From assembly GCA_964536965.1 (NCBI GenBank), contig CAZIAL010000004.1, positions 6,614 to 70,613 of the forward strand: a stretch of 64,000 nucleotides of DNA, read 5' to 3'. Every line of letters begins with the position of its first letter. Position 1 is the first letter of the stretch. Shown here in pieces: positions 1 to 8,923 of this stretch. Source of the stretch: an uncultured Bacteriovoracaceae bacterium (GTDB taxonomy: Bacteria > Bdellovibrionota > UBA1018). The position numbers and the translations under genes are program-made. Under the pieces are notes generated by a model that saw nothing but the letters and a program-made list of their open reading frames with translations, searched no databases and was not told the DNA's origin.

Positions 1-615
1 GCCCTCTTCCGCGAGAAGCCGGGCCCATACCGAGAAATGCATTTGCCCGAAGCCCACCATTTTTCGGTTCTGACCCGGCTGGATTTCCGGGGCGCCGAGG
101 TGCCAGACGTCGACCAGGCCGTCTTTCTCCGATGTGGAAAAAAAAGCGGGTACGACTCGTTCTCCTTCTGGAAAGAGTGCTGCTTTTTCCGCGATCCGCT
201 TTCCGATTTTATCGAGGACCGCGGCGGCATCCGCTCGGTTCCGGACCGGTGCGTACTTTCCGACCGAGTGGAGTCCGATCGATTCGAAAACCTTCCTAAG
301 CCCGGGATCGAATTTTCCGCGAAACTCCCAGGCTCCCATGCGCGTTCGAGGTGGCGCGAAAAGCTGGAGAAAGAGGTTCCGATGCTCGTACATTCCGTCG
401 TCGGAAGTCAGAACCGTCGAATGTGTCGCCGAAGAGAATCGATCGAAGAGCGGATCGAGATCATCGACCACGATTTTCGGCAACGCCGTCACGGGGATCG
501 ATCGCATCAGGAGCGTCGGACAGGGCCCGACGGGTGGCGTCGCGCGCGCGGGCGAACCGAGAGAAGTCCCGAGAAAGAGCGCCAGGGATAGAAGAGGACG
601 AAAGATCCTACCCAT
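1..615 (-). CDS. partial CDS (3' end off window): secreted hypothetical protein
   Basis: Absent from the ORF track because it runs off the window. My own minus-strand translation from the ATG at 615-613 is stop-free to position 1 (205 codons). It begins MGRIFRPLLSLALFLGTSLGSPARA, which is signal-peptide-like. It lies 66 nt downstream of the permease gene on the same strand. Confidence 0.55.
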   Translation of the reverse strand, partial: MGRIFRPLLSLALFLGTSLGSPARATPPVGPCPTLLMRSIPVTALPKIVVDDLDPLFDRFSSATHSTVLTSDDGMYEHRNLFLQLFAPPRTRMGAWEFRGKFDPGLRKVFESIGLHSVGKYAPVRNRADAAAVLDKIGKRIAEKAALFPEGERVVPAFFSTSEKDGLVDVWHLGAPEIQPGQNRKMVGFGQMHFSVWARLLAEEG

Positions 616-681
616 GGAGATCTTTTCGGTCGGCCAGAGGGCATGGATGAGGAAATCCGGCGTCAAAATCCAACCGCAGCG

Positions 682-1548
682 CTAGGCCCCGAAGTCCCGT
701 TTTCCCTGCGGATCGAGGACGTCCCGGAGCCCGTCGCCGGCGGCGTTGAACGCGATCAGGGTGACGAAAAGAACCGTTCCCGGAAAAAGGATCAGGTGCG
801 GATAGCTTTTCATCGCCCGGAATCCTTCGTTAGCCAGGGTCCCCCAGGAGGAGTAGGGCGGTTCGAGCCCGAGGCCGATAAAGGAGAGAAAACTCTCCGA
901 CATGATGTTCGTCGGAATCTGGAATGTGAGCGAAACGATCATCGGGCCCACGATATTCGGAAGGATGTGGCGGGCGACGATTCGGAAATCGACCGCGCCC
1001 AGGGCGCGGGCGCCCTCGACGTACAGCATTTCCTTCGCCTGGAGAACGAGCGTGCGGACCAGTCGAGCGTGCGTGACCCACGACGTAAATGAGAGTGCGA
1101 CTAAAATACCGAGAAAGCCTCGACCGAAGAAAACGGTGAGGAGGATCGCGATGAGCAGGGACGGGAAGATGTAGAAGATGTCGACGATCCGCATGAGGAT
1201 CGAGTCGGTTTTCCCTCCACGGAATCCGGCGATCGCGCCGATCACGGTTCCGACCGACAGCGAAAGCAATGCGGTCAGGATCCCGACCGCGAGCGACATT
1301 CGAGCGCCATAGATGATCCGGCTATAGAGATCCCGACCCAAGGAGTCGGTTCCCATCCAGTACGCATCGCTCGGAGTTTCGAGCTTATGTTCGATGCTCT
1401 GGGTTTCGTAGGAGTGGTTCGTGAACTGGGGGGCGAAGATCGCGGCTACGCCGATCGCGAGGAGAAAGATCACGCTCGTGACCGCGAATTTATGCCGCAT
1501 GAACTTGCGAATCCCGCGGCGACGAAAGAAGGAGAGGATTGCGTTCAC
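682..1548 (-). CDS. ABC transporter permease, OppC/DppC family
   Basis: C-terminal 288 codons of ORF 682..2007. The GTG at 1548 overlaps the upstream stop (GTGA). The N-terminus RRRGIRKFMRHKFAVTSVIFLLAIGVAAIFAP and the EAA-type loop YVEGARALGAVDFRIVARHILPNIVGP are typical of this family. The rest of the ORF is Arg/Pro-rich read-through. Confidence 0.85.
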   Translation of the reverse strand: MNAILSFFRRRGIRKFMRHKFAVTSVIFLLAIGVAAIFAPQFTNHSYETQSIEHKLETPSDAYWMGTDSLGRDLYSRIIYGARMSLAVGILTALLSLSVGTVIGAIAGFRGGKTDSILMRIVDIFYIFPSLLIAILLTVFFGRGFLGILVALSFTSWVTHARLVRTLVLQAKEMLYVEGARALGAVDFRIVARHILPNIVGPMIVSLTFQIPTNIMSESFLSFIGLGLEPPYSSWGTLANEGFRAMKSYPHLILFPGTVLFVTLIAFNAAGDGLRDVLDPQGKRDFGA

Positions 1549-2495
1549 GCGCCCTGGGCTTCCTTTCCGGAGAGACGAATCCGCGGATCGAGCATCGCGC
1601 AAACCAGGTCGACGACCAGGTTCGAGATGATGAGAATGACTCCGTAAATCAGCGTTACGCCCATCACCATCGGATAATCGCGATTCAGGACCGCTCCGAC
1701 GAAGTGTTTCCCGAGGCCCGGGACCTGGAAGACCATTTCGACGAGGAACGAACCCGTAACGAGGCTCGCGGCCAAGGGTCCGAGCACCGTGACGACGGGA
1801 ATCAGCGAGTTCCGAAGGGCGTGTCGGAAGAGGACTTTCGAAACTGTCAGCCCCTTCGCGTGCGCGGTCCGAATGTAGTCGGCGCCGAGGGATTCGATCA
1901 TGGACGAGCGGACGAGTCGCGCCGTGATGGCGAGTGGGCGAAGCGCCAGGGTAATCACGGGAAGGACCATGCTCGCGGGTTCCTCCCAGAGCGCGGGCGG
2001 AAGCCAACCTAATTCAAGCGAAAAGACGAGGACCAGGGTACTGGCGACGAGATAGCTCGGAAGACTCACGCCGGCGATCGCAAGAAAGATCGCGGTGGAA
2101 TCCATCCATGTACCCTGGCGCCAGGCCGCGAGGACGCCGAGTGGCATTCCGACGAGAACCGCGAGGAGCAGGGCGAAACCGCCGAGGAGCAGCGACGGAG
2201 GGAGCGCATTCGCGATCATCTCGTTTACGGATCGGCCGACGTAATGGAAGGACTCGCCGAAGTCGAAGGAGAACACCGCGGCCGAGATCCATTTCAGGAA
2301 TTGCTGCCAGAGCGGTAGGTTCAGCCCGTAATGAGCGTCGATCGCGTCGCGGATTTCCTGGGGGAAGACGCGATCTCCGTCGAACGGTCCGCCGGGCGCC
2401 ATGCGAAGCAGAAAGAAGACGAACGTCGCGAGGATCAGGAGAGTCGGAATCGCGCCGAGAATGCGTTTGCCCGCGTAGACGAAAAGGCCGCGCAT
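1545..2495 (-). CDS. ABC transporter permease, OppB/DppB family
   Basis: The ATG at 2495 is residue 186 of ORF 1545..3050. The product starts MRGLFVYAGKRILGAIPTLLILATFVFFLLRMAPGGPF and carries the EAA loop YIRTAHAKGLTVSKVLFRHALRNSLIP. Confidence 0.85.
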   Translation of the reverse strand: MRGLFVYAGKRILGAIPTLLILATFVFFLLRMAPGGPFDGDRVFPQEIRDAIDAHYGLNLPLWQQFLKWISAAVFSFDFGESFHYVGRSVNEMIANALPPSLLLGGFALLLAVLVGMPLGVLAAWRQGTWMDSTAIFLAIAGVSLPSYLVASTLVLVFSLELGWLPPALWEEPASMVLPVITLALRPLAITARLVRSSMIESLGADYIRTAHAKGLTVSKVLFRHALRNSLIPVVTVLGPLAASLVTGSFLVEMVFQVPGLGKHFVGAVLNRDYPMVMGVTLIYGVILIISNLVVDLVCAMLDPRIRLSGKEAQGA

Positions 2496-2497
2496 GC

Positions 2498-3382
2498 TCA
2501 GCGAACTCCCGTCAGGGGGAAGTATTCGACCCAGCCGCCGGTTTTCGGATAACCCTTCGGCGGTTTCACCGTCATGTCTCGGTCGCTGAGCACGGCCGAA
2601 TAAGCGCAGATAAACGCATCGAAAGCCGTCAGGCTGGCGCCGAGCTTCTTCAGATCGCGGTCGTAGATAAATACGCCCTTCTTCATCGCGATGGTTTCGA
2701 GGAGCTCCACGCGGGCGGCGTATCCTTCTTCGAGCTTCCGGTAATTCAGAATCAGCCGTTTCGGAAGACCGAGCGCCGTCGCGATGCTCGAGATCATCAG
2801 CTTCGGCCAGACCTCGACGAGCGGGATGCCCGTGAGATGGTGCTTCAGAAAGTGCATGCGCGCGGTCAGCGGCGCGCGATTTCCGCCCAGGGCTTCGTCC
2901 ACTTCGAAGCGAAATGCCTCGGCCAGTTTCGGCAGAATCTGGTAGCGCGCCCAGATTTCGAAAGGCCGCTGGGTGTACGGGGTGATTTCTTTTACGGCGA
3001 TGTCGAGATCGCGATTCTCCGAAGCTTTGCGCGTCTGTTCGCGCATCCATTTAATCGTCGGATCCGTGCACTTCGCGACCATCATGCAGGTCTTTTTCGT
3101 GCACGGGATACAGGGGGGGAGATCGAGCGGAACATTCACGCCCATCTTCGTCACGCGGCCGCGCTCCGAGGCGGCGGCTTCACGGATCGTTTCGAGAAGG
3201 GCCTCGTCTCCAGTTTGGTCATCGTGGCCGGAAATCCGGTCGTAAACGTCGAGCAGAAAGACCTTCTGTTCGCGCGGGTAATACTCCAAAACAGCGATGG
3301 CCGTCTTCTGGTTTTTCGCGCCGGCCAGCTCGAGCCCCAGATACCGCCGTGGCTGCATCGGAAGGACTCGGGATTCGCTCAT
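2498..3382 (-). CDS. DUF429-like (RNase H-fold) protein with Cys cluster
   Basis: The ATG at 3382 is residue 83 of ORF 2498..3628 and overlaps the upstream stop (ATGA). The N-terminal YLGLELAGAKNQKTAIAVLEY resembles the DUF429 start. A Cys cluster reads PPCIPCTKKTCMMVAKC. The family call is from memory only. Confidence 0.6.
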   Translation of the reverse strand: MSESRVLPMQPRRYLGLELAGAKNQKTAIAVLEYYPREQKVFLLDVYDRISGHDDQTGDEALLETIREAAASERGRVTKMGVNVPLDLPPCIPCTKKTCMMVAKCTDPTIKWMREQTRKASENRDLDIAVKEITPYTQRPFEIWARYQILPKLAEAFRFEVDEALGGNRAPLTARMHFLKHHLTGIPLVEVWPKLMISSIATALGLPKRLILNYRKLEEGYAARVELLETIAMKKGVFIYDRDLKKLGASLTAFDAFICAYSAVLSDRDMTVKPPKGYPKTGGWVEYFPLTGVR

Positions 3383-4458
3383 GTGATGGTCAACCCCTGG
3401 CGCGCGACCCGGAAAGGGAGATGTCGAATTCCGGAAAGCGCGGTCACGTCGCGAATGATCGACTCGCGCATGCCGAGATTCTTTTCCGGGAGATAGACGA
3501 AGAAACATCCGCCTCCGCCCGCGCCGCAGATTTTTCCGGCGGTCGCTCCGCCGCGCATGGCGGTCGCGAAGGCTTCGTCGATTTCCGGCGTCGTAATCCC
3601 CGGAGCGAGGCCTCGCCGGACTTCCCACTCGGCCGCGATCGCGTTTCCGACTCCGCGCCAGTCTTTTTCCCGAAGCGCGGATTCGAGAGCGTGCGTGGCG
3701 TGGTTGATTCCGTGGAACTGATCGCGAACCGGTCCCTGTCCGTCGATGAAGGCCTTAAAGAGAGCCCAGTTGTTGATCCCGGAATTTCTCGACTGTCCGG
3801 AATAGAAAAGGATGATGCGGTCTTCAAGCTCGGACAGGAGATCGACGGGAAGCCATCGGCGGTCATGTCGGCCCGGACCCCAACGCAGGGACTGGAGTCC
3901 CCCGAACATCGCGCCGTAATAATCCTGCATTCCGGCCGGGACCTTAATGACGGTCGTTTCGACATCGCGGGTGATTTCGACCAGGCTTTCGCCTTCGACC
4001 TCCGTCGCGACGTTTCCGTCGCACCAGACTTTCAGGGCGCCGATGATGGAAACCGAGAGAGTGGAGGAGCCACCGAGACCCGCTCCGGCCGGGCTCTTCG
4101 CCCGGGTCGTCAGGTTTAGCCCGACGGTCGGAAGAAATCGCCCCGAACGTTTCTTCTTTTCGAGGAAAAATCGCAGGTACTTCCAGTGGAGCTCGAGCGT
4201 TGGCGGCGCCTTTACCGATTCGATCTGGTTCCACATGAACCGAAGCTCGGTCCCTTGGTCTTCCGTTCGCAGGCAAACCACCGGATCGCCGTTCGTATAC
4301 GACACTTCCTCGAGATCCGTCTCCGCGTAGAGATCGATCGCGAGATTCACCGTCGTCGCCTGATTCAGAAACAGGTAAATCGGCCAAATGTCGACCGTAC
4401 CCCCGGCCAGATCGATCCGAGTGGGCGCGCGGGCGGTGATTTTCTTGAGCACCTTCAT
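3379..4458 (-). CDS. GHMP-family sugar kinase (HddA/fucokinase-like, COG2605-type)
   Basis: Motifs seen: RAPTRIDLAGGTVDIWP, GHMP motif II SPAGAGLGGSSTLSVS, GMQDYYGAMFGG and the C-terminal GAGGGGCFF. Confidence 0.85.
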   Translation of the reverse strand: MKVLKKITARAPTRIDLAGGTVDIWPIYLFLNQATTVNLAIDLYAETDLEEVSYTNGDPVVCLRTEDQGTELRFMWNQIESVKAPPTLELHWKYLRFFLEKKKRSGRFLPTVGLNLTTRAKSPAGAGLGGSSTLSVSIIGALKVWCDGNVATEVEGESLVEITRDVETTVIKVPAGMQDYYGAMFGGLQSLRWGPGRHDRRWLPVDLLSELEDRIILFYSGQSRNSGINNWALFKAFIDGQGPVRDQFHGINHATHALESALREKDWRGVGNAIAAEWEVRRGLAPGITTPEIDEAFATAMRGGATAGKICGAGGGGCFFVYLPEKNLGMRESIIRDVTALSGIRHLPFRVARQGLTIT

Positions 4459-4530
4459 TCCCCGTATTCTACGAAGCCCATTCGGGCCTGCAAAGGGAAA
4501 TGTCGCGTCAGACGGCGGGCATTCGCGGGA

Positions 4531-5070
4531 TCAGTGTTCCTGCTCGAGGTACCCAATGAACGGAAGTCCGCGGTACTTGCCCGCATAGTCGAGACCGTAT
4601 CCGACGACGAACTCGGGCCCGATTTTAAAACCGACGTAATCCACCGGCACATCGACGCGCATGGAATCCGGCTTCATCAGAAGCGTGCAAGTTTTCAGCG
4701 AAGCCGGGCGGCGGGCGCGCAGATTCGAAAGGAGGTAGGAGAGGGTCAGTCCCGAGTCCACGATGTCTTCGAAGACGATGACGTGTTTGTTTTCGAGCGG
4801 CTCGTTGATGTCGAGGGTGACTTTCACTTCGCCGGAGCTGACTTTCTTATCGCCGTAGCTCGACACGCCGAGGAATTCGCAGGAGGTCGGGAGGTCGATC
4901 TTCCGGAGAATATCGGAGAAGAAAACGAAGCTGCCTTTCAGCACGCAGATCGCGACGATCTCGCGACCGGCGTAGTCGTTCTGGATGTCCGCGGCGAGTT
5001 CCGCGATCCGCTCGTCGAGTTTTTCAGCCGAAATGAGAACCTGAGGTGCCGTATTTGCTGGTTTAGACAT
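4531..5070 (-). CDS. hpt: hypoxanthine phosphoribosyltransferase
   Basis: 179 aa. Motifs seen: LKGSFVFFSDILRKI, the PRPP motif VIVFEDIVDSGLTLSYL and the C-terminal VGYGLDYAGKYRGLPFIG. Confidence 0.93.
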   Translation of the reverse strand: MSKPANTAPQVLISAEKLDERIAELAADIQNDYAGREIVAICVLKGSFVFFSDILRKIDLPTSCEFLGVSSYGDKKVSSGEVKVTLDINEPLENKHVIVFEDIVDSGLTLSYLLSNLRARRPASLKTCTLLMKPDSMRVDVPVDYVGFKIGPEFVVGYGLDYAGKYRGLPFIGYLEQEH

Positions 5071-5884
5071 AAGCGTTATTCATCACCTCGCCGAAGCCGC
5101 CCCCACCTGGGACGATGTAGTGTTTGTCGTTCAGTCCGCGCTCCTCGGCCCAGAATTCGCCGGGAATCGATCCGAGCACGCGGTCGGTCGATAATCCTCG
5201 GTCGAGCCGGACGGCGTAAATCACGAGGTCCGGATGGGCTTTGGTTACGTTCGCAAGATACTCGGGTGTGACGATACAGTGAAGCGCAATGTACTTTTTC
5301 GCCTTGCCGCCGAGCTTCTTATAGAGGGAAACCGCCTCGACGAGCGTTCCGCCGGTCGCGCCCATCGGATCGGGGAAAAGGACGATCGAATCGTCGACGA
5401 GACCCCCGATTTTGTGGCCCGAAACCTGGCTGCCCGTGACGCGGGCGTCGATATCGGTAATCCGTCCGATGGAAATATGGTCCTGCCGCACGAGCGTCGG
5501 ATTCATGAAGTAGTTCAGCGCCGTGTAGCAGATATGCGACGGGAAGGTCCCCGCGCGCGCCAGGTTCACGGTGACGACGCTCTGGTCGGCGACGATCTTC
5601 GGTCCGGAATAAATGGCTTCGGCGGGATGGAATTCCGCCATTCGGGTCTTTACTTCGACCATTCGGCTCGGAAACTCGCGGGCGACGACGGTGTTCAGGA
5701 GCGAGGAGTAAATCGAGTGGACAAGCTCGTTGATGACAGGCTGAACGGTTTCCTGGGCGCAGAGGCGCGCGAGGAGCGAGAGGAGGAAAGGGTCCGAGAG
5801 CAGATGGACGTTCTTTCCGTAACGATGTTCGATTTCCGAAAGCCGGAACTCGACCTGCTCAAACTGTCGATCGCGTCTCGACAT
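5063..5884 (-). CDS. uracil phosphoribosyltransferase-like type I PRTase (atypical, long)
   Basis: PRPP motif [15 protein letters not shown] and C-terminal [12 protein letters not shown] (canonical Upp has PGLGDAGDR). I chose the ATG at 5884 because it is preceded by AAGGAG. The ORF-track start at 5938 has no SD sequence. Confidence 0.75.
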   Translation of the reverse strand: MSRRDRQFEQVEFRLSEIEHRYGKNVHLLSDPFLLSLLARLCAQETVQPVINELVHSIYSSLLNTVVAREFPSRMVEVKTRMAEFHPAEAIYSGPKIVADQSVVTVNLARAGTFPSHICYTALNYFMNPTLVRQDHISIGRITDIDARVTGSQVSGHKIGGLVDDSIVLFPDPMGATGGTLVEAVSLYKKLGGKAKKYIALHCIVTPEYLANVTKAHPDLVIYAVRLDRGLSTDRVLGSIPGEFWAEERGLNDKHYIVPGGGGFGEVMNNAYV

Positions 5885-6479
5885 ATTCTCCTTCGTGCTT
5901 CGACGTCCGAAGCGGTTGGAAGTCGACATTCGGCTCATGGCAGAAGCGGCAGCGCGCTTCGTACATCTCCTTGGCGCCGACGGCGACGACGGAAGCGTCG
6001 CCTACGTTCTTCTGCGAGCGGGAAGCGGCCATCCCGCAGACGACGCAAACTGCCTGGAGTTTGGTGACGCTTTCGGCGACGGCGAGAAGTTTCGGCATCG
6101 GACCGAAGGGTTGCCCGCGGAAGTCCATATCCAGCCCAGCGCAGATCACGCGCATGCCGCGGTAGGCGAGTTTATTGCAAACGTCGATCACGGACTCGTC
6201 GAAAAACTGGATCTCGTCGATGCCGACGACGCGGGTATTGTCCTCCACGCGCTCGAGAATCTCGCGTGCATTCGAGACGGGAATGGAAAGAATTCGGTTC
6301 GCGTCATGGGACTGGACGTGGTCTTCGCTGTAGCGATTGTCGATCTTTGGCTTGAAGACCTGCACCTTTTGGCGGCCGTATTGCGCGCGTTTAATCCGGC
6401 GCATGAGTTCCTCGGTTTTCCCGCTAAACATGCTTCCGCAGACAACTTCGATAAACCCGGGTAGGCTCTTGTGCAGCAT
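5859..6479 (-). CDS. tdk: thymidine kinase
   Basis: P-loop [11 protein letters not shown], the motif VGIDEIQFF, and zinc-ribbon cysteines CVVCG and CRFCH. The start is taken at [15 protein letters not shown] (residue 14 of the ORF). Confidence 0.92.
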   Translation of the reverse strand: MLHKSLPGFIEVVCGSMFSGKTEELMRRIKRAQYGRQKVQVFKPKIDNRYSEDHVQSHDANRILSIPVSNAREILERVEDNTRVVGIDEIQFFDESVIDVCNKLAYRGMRVICAGLDMDFRGQPFGPMPKLLAVAESVTKLQAVCVVCGMAASRSQKNVGDASVVAVGAKEMYEARCRFCHEPNVDFQPLRTSKHEGEYVETRSTV

Positions 6480-6616
6480 GGGGAAAGGACTACCAAACCG
6501 TTTCGGGGAAAGAAACAAAGGGGAGGTCTGTCGCAGCGAGCTACGAAAGATCGCCTACTCTCAAGCCCGATTCTTCGCGAACTTACACCAAGAAAACTTT
6601 CCGTCGACCGCGCCGC

Positions 6617-7345
6617 TTAGCGCAAAAACAGCATGGCGATCGCGGACAGGAACGCGAGGAAGCCCGCGATGACCAGGCCCCAGAGGAGGATCATCGGAAA
6701 AAGGGCGATCAGGAGGCCTCGGCCGGTACCCACCCGATAGGTTTCGGTCGCGCCGATGACCGAGATCACCATGGCGAAAACGCTGGCGATCAGTCCGCCG
6801 AGGATGGGAATTCCCTTAAAGACCGAAGCCGCGAGCGAGTAACCGACGATCGCGACGGCGCTTTCGTAACTCAGCCGTTCCTCGACATCGGACTGCGAAA
6901 GATTGGCGAAGAGTCGTGCCGCGAGCCAGACGAAGCCGGCGAGGAAAAGAATCTTCGCGCAGGTAATGAAAGGGTCGACGAGCACGGCGCCGACACCGAA
7001 GGCCCAGTTCGTGAATCTTTCCTGGAGCGCGAGAAGAGTTCTCGTCTGACCGGTCGAATCGATCTCGGCGGTCTTTTCGAACGCATTCATCAGGTCGGAG
7101 ATTCGCGTTTCGAAAACTTTTCCGAGCCCGGTGTACCAGAGGTACTCGAGCGCCGAACCGATCCAGTTCGTGACGATCCCGAAGACGAGCGGCGCCACGA
7201 GCCCCGGAGGGCGTGGCATCGTGCGGAAAAAACGGGTCGGCGCGGTTAGCAGCGTCTTTAGCGTGAGGAAATATCTCGCGATCGGACCGGGTTCACTCTT
7301 CGGTGCAGAAGGCAGGTAACCCGCCGATTCGAGATCGTTCGTCAT
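6617..7345 (-). CDS. Yip1-domain-like polytopic membrane protein
   Basis: 242 aa with about five hydrophobic spans. It starts immediately after the stop of the upstream DUF4340 gene (7346). Confidence 0.65.
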   Translation of the reverse strand: MTNDLESAGYLPSAPKSEPGPIARYFLTLKTLLTAPTRFFRTMPRPPGLVAPLVFGIVTNWIGSALEYLWYTGLGKVFETRISDLMNAFEKTAEIDSTGQTRTLLALQERFTNWAFGVGAVLVDPFITCAKILFLAGFVWLAARLFANLSQSDVEERLSYESAVAIVGYSLAASVFKGIPILGGLIASVFAMVISVIGATETYRVGTGRGLLIALFPMILLWGLVIAGFLAFLSAIAMLFLR

Positions 7346-8920
7346 TTAATGTCCGTGCCCGTCGTCTTCCGAGTGTCCACCCGGAACCGCCGGGGCGGTG
7401 GCGCTCGGAGCACCTGCTTTTTTCGGTGCGGCCGCGGCGCCGAAGTTCTCGTCCGTGAAATACTGGAGGTCCCACGGAAGTTGGCCCGCGAAATCCGGAG
7501 AAAGTTCGAAGACGTCCGAAGGTTTCGCGGCGAGGTTGCGGACGAAAACGCGTTTTCCGCGAACCCAGAATTCGTAATCGAAATTCGCGCACTTCATGCG
7601 AAGGCGATCGCCGACCGACGCGAAATCGCCCGTCGGCGCGAAATTCACGATGATCGGACCGGAAAGCTGGTCGAGGAGCGCATCCACCCGGCCGCGCACG
7701 ACGGGTTTTTCGCCATCGGCGGTCGAAACTTTCCAGCTTCCGTCGGCCGCTTTCTTCGCGGTCTGCTGGAACCCGCTGCCGCCGGTCCGCTGGAACTGGA
7801 TCTCGGAGATCGCGTACCGCTCGGAACCGGTGATGAGTTTCGCGTTTCGGAGCTCTTCCGGGGCCTTGTCGATCTTCTCGGCTCCGAAGGAGTCGATCTC
7901 GAAGAGCGGGTCCTGGTCATCGAGGGTCGCGAAAATCCGGCCCGGTTCCTTGCCGGCGCGTTTCTTTCCGTAAAGTCGAAGTCGTTTCGTCGCCGTTTTC
8001 GTCTGGAGAATCAGATCGTAGATCTGGGAATTTCCGGCGAGCGCGCGCTTCGCGCCGGGAGAATCCTTCTTCTCGGCGACGAAGTCCTTCGCGGTCAGGA
8101 AAAGGACCCCGGAGAGGAAGCCGTCGATCGAGTCGATGTCGCCTTCGACCACGCGGACTCCGAGTTTCAGCGTCCAGGCCTTTCCGTCTTCCGATCGCGT
8201 CGCTTCGATCGCACCGCGTCCCTTCCGGGACTGGAGAAGCTTAAAGCCGGTGACTTCCTTCTCGTTCCAGCCGAAAAGCTTCTTATCCCGGAAGTAGGCC
8301 GTATTCTGGGTGAAGACCGAGAGTTGCCAGTCGGGAACGACGAAGATTTTCCGGTCGTTCGGAACACCGTCGGTTTCGACGAGAGTGAAAACGCCGTCGC
8401 CGATCGGATGTTTTTCTCCGAAATAGGCGGTGTACTTCGGCCCGCCGTCGACAACGAACGTCAGGCGGCGCTGCACGGGCATCGCGCGGCTCTCGGGCGA
8501 AAGGCCATAATCCTTCAGAATTTGCGCTCGTTTCTCGGGCGAATCGGTGGAGAGGTCTACGGTTTCCGACGTCGTCAGATTCCCGAAATTTTTCAGGAGG
8601 CTGTTCACGGTCGTATCGTCGCCCTGGGCGCGAACCGGTTCGACGAGATTCCATTTCGAAGTGTCGTCCGGCTTGCAAAGCTTGTCCTTTAAGCTCGCGC
8701 ATTCGAGGACGATGTTCATATTCGCATTCCGGATCTCGAAGCGGGCGATTGACCGGTTCTTCAGCGGAAAAACCCGTTTGTCGTCGGCCTTCGCCGCTTC
8801 CTCGGCCGGACGCTTCGAAAACTCGAGCCAGTACGCGACGCCGCCGAGCACGCAGAGGGCGACGGCGAGTCCGAGCTGGGTGGTGAAACTCGGGAGTTTC
8901 TTCTTCCGCGCTTCCGACAT
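7346..8920 (-). CDS. DUF4340-like protein (N-terminal anchor, His-rich C-terminus)
   Basis: 524 aa with a single N-terminal TM (LGLAVALCVLGGVAYWL). It occupies the position after GldG-like genes where DUF4340 proteins usually sit. It ends HSEDDGHGH. Confidence 0.7.
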   Translation of the reverse strand: MSEARKKKLPSFTTQLGLAVALCVLGGVAYWLEFSKRPAEEAAKADDKRVFPLKNRSIARFEIRNANMNIVLECASLKDKLCKPDDTSKWNLVEPVRAQGDDTTVNSLLKNFGNLTTSETVDLSTDSPEKRAQILKDYGLSPESRAMPVQRRLTFVVDGGPKYTAYFGEKHPIGDGVFTLVETDGVPNDRKIFVVPDWQLSVFTQNTAYFRDKKLFGWNEKEVTGFKLLQSRKGRGAIEATRSEDGKAWTLKLGVRVVEGDIDSIDGFLSGVLFLTAKDFVAEKKDSPGAKRALAGNSQIYDLILQTKTATKRLRLYGKKRAGKEPGRIFATLDDQDPLFEIDSFGAEKIDKAPEELRNAKLITGSERYAISEIQFQRTGGSGFQQTAKKAADGSWKVSTADGEKPVVRGRVDALLDQLSGPIIVNFAPTGDFASVGDRLRMKCANFDYEFWVRGKRVFVRNLAAKPSDVFELSPDFAGQLPWDLQYFTDENFGAAAAPKKAGAPSATAPAVPGGHSEDDGHGH

Positions 8921-8923
8921 GGC

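Noticed and set aside
37-685. Plus-strand ORFs at the window start: 37..591, 134..685 and 351..650.
   Set aside because: They are Arg/Ser/Gly-rich, mutually overlapping frames. The minus-strand frame is stop-free over 1-615 and has a convincing signal-peptide start.
1549-2007. Long N-terminal extensions of track ORFs 682..2007, 1545..3050, 2498..3628 and 14423..16090.
   Set aside because: The upstream portions are Arg/Pro/Ser-rich and overlap the preceding gene. Conserved family N-termini begin at internal ATG/GTG codons that form 4-nt stop/start overlaps.
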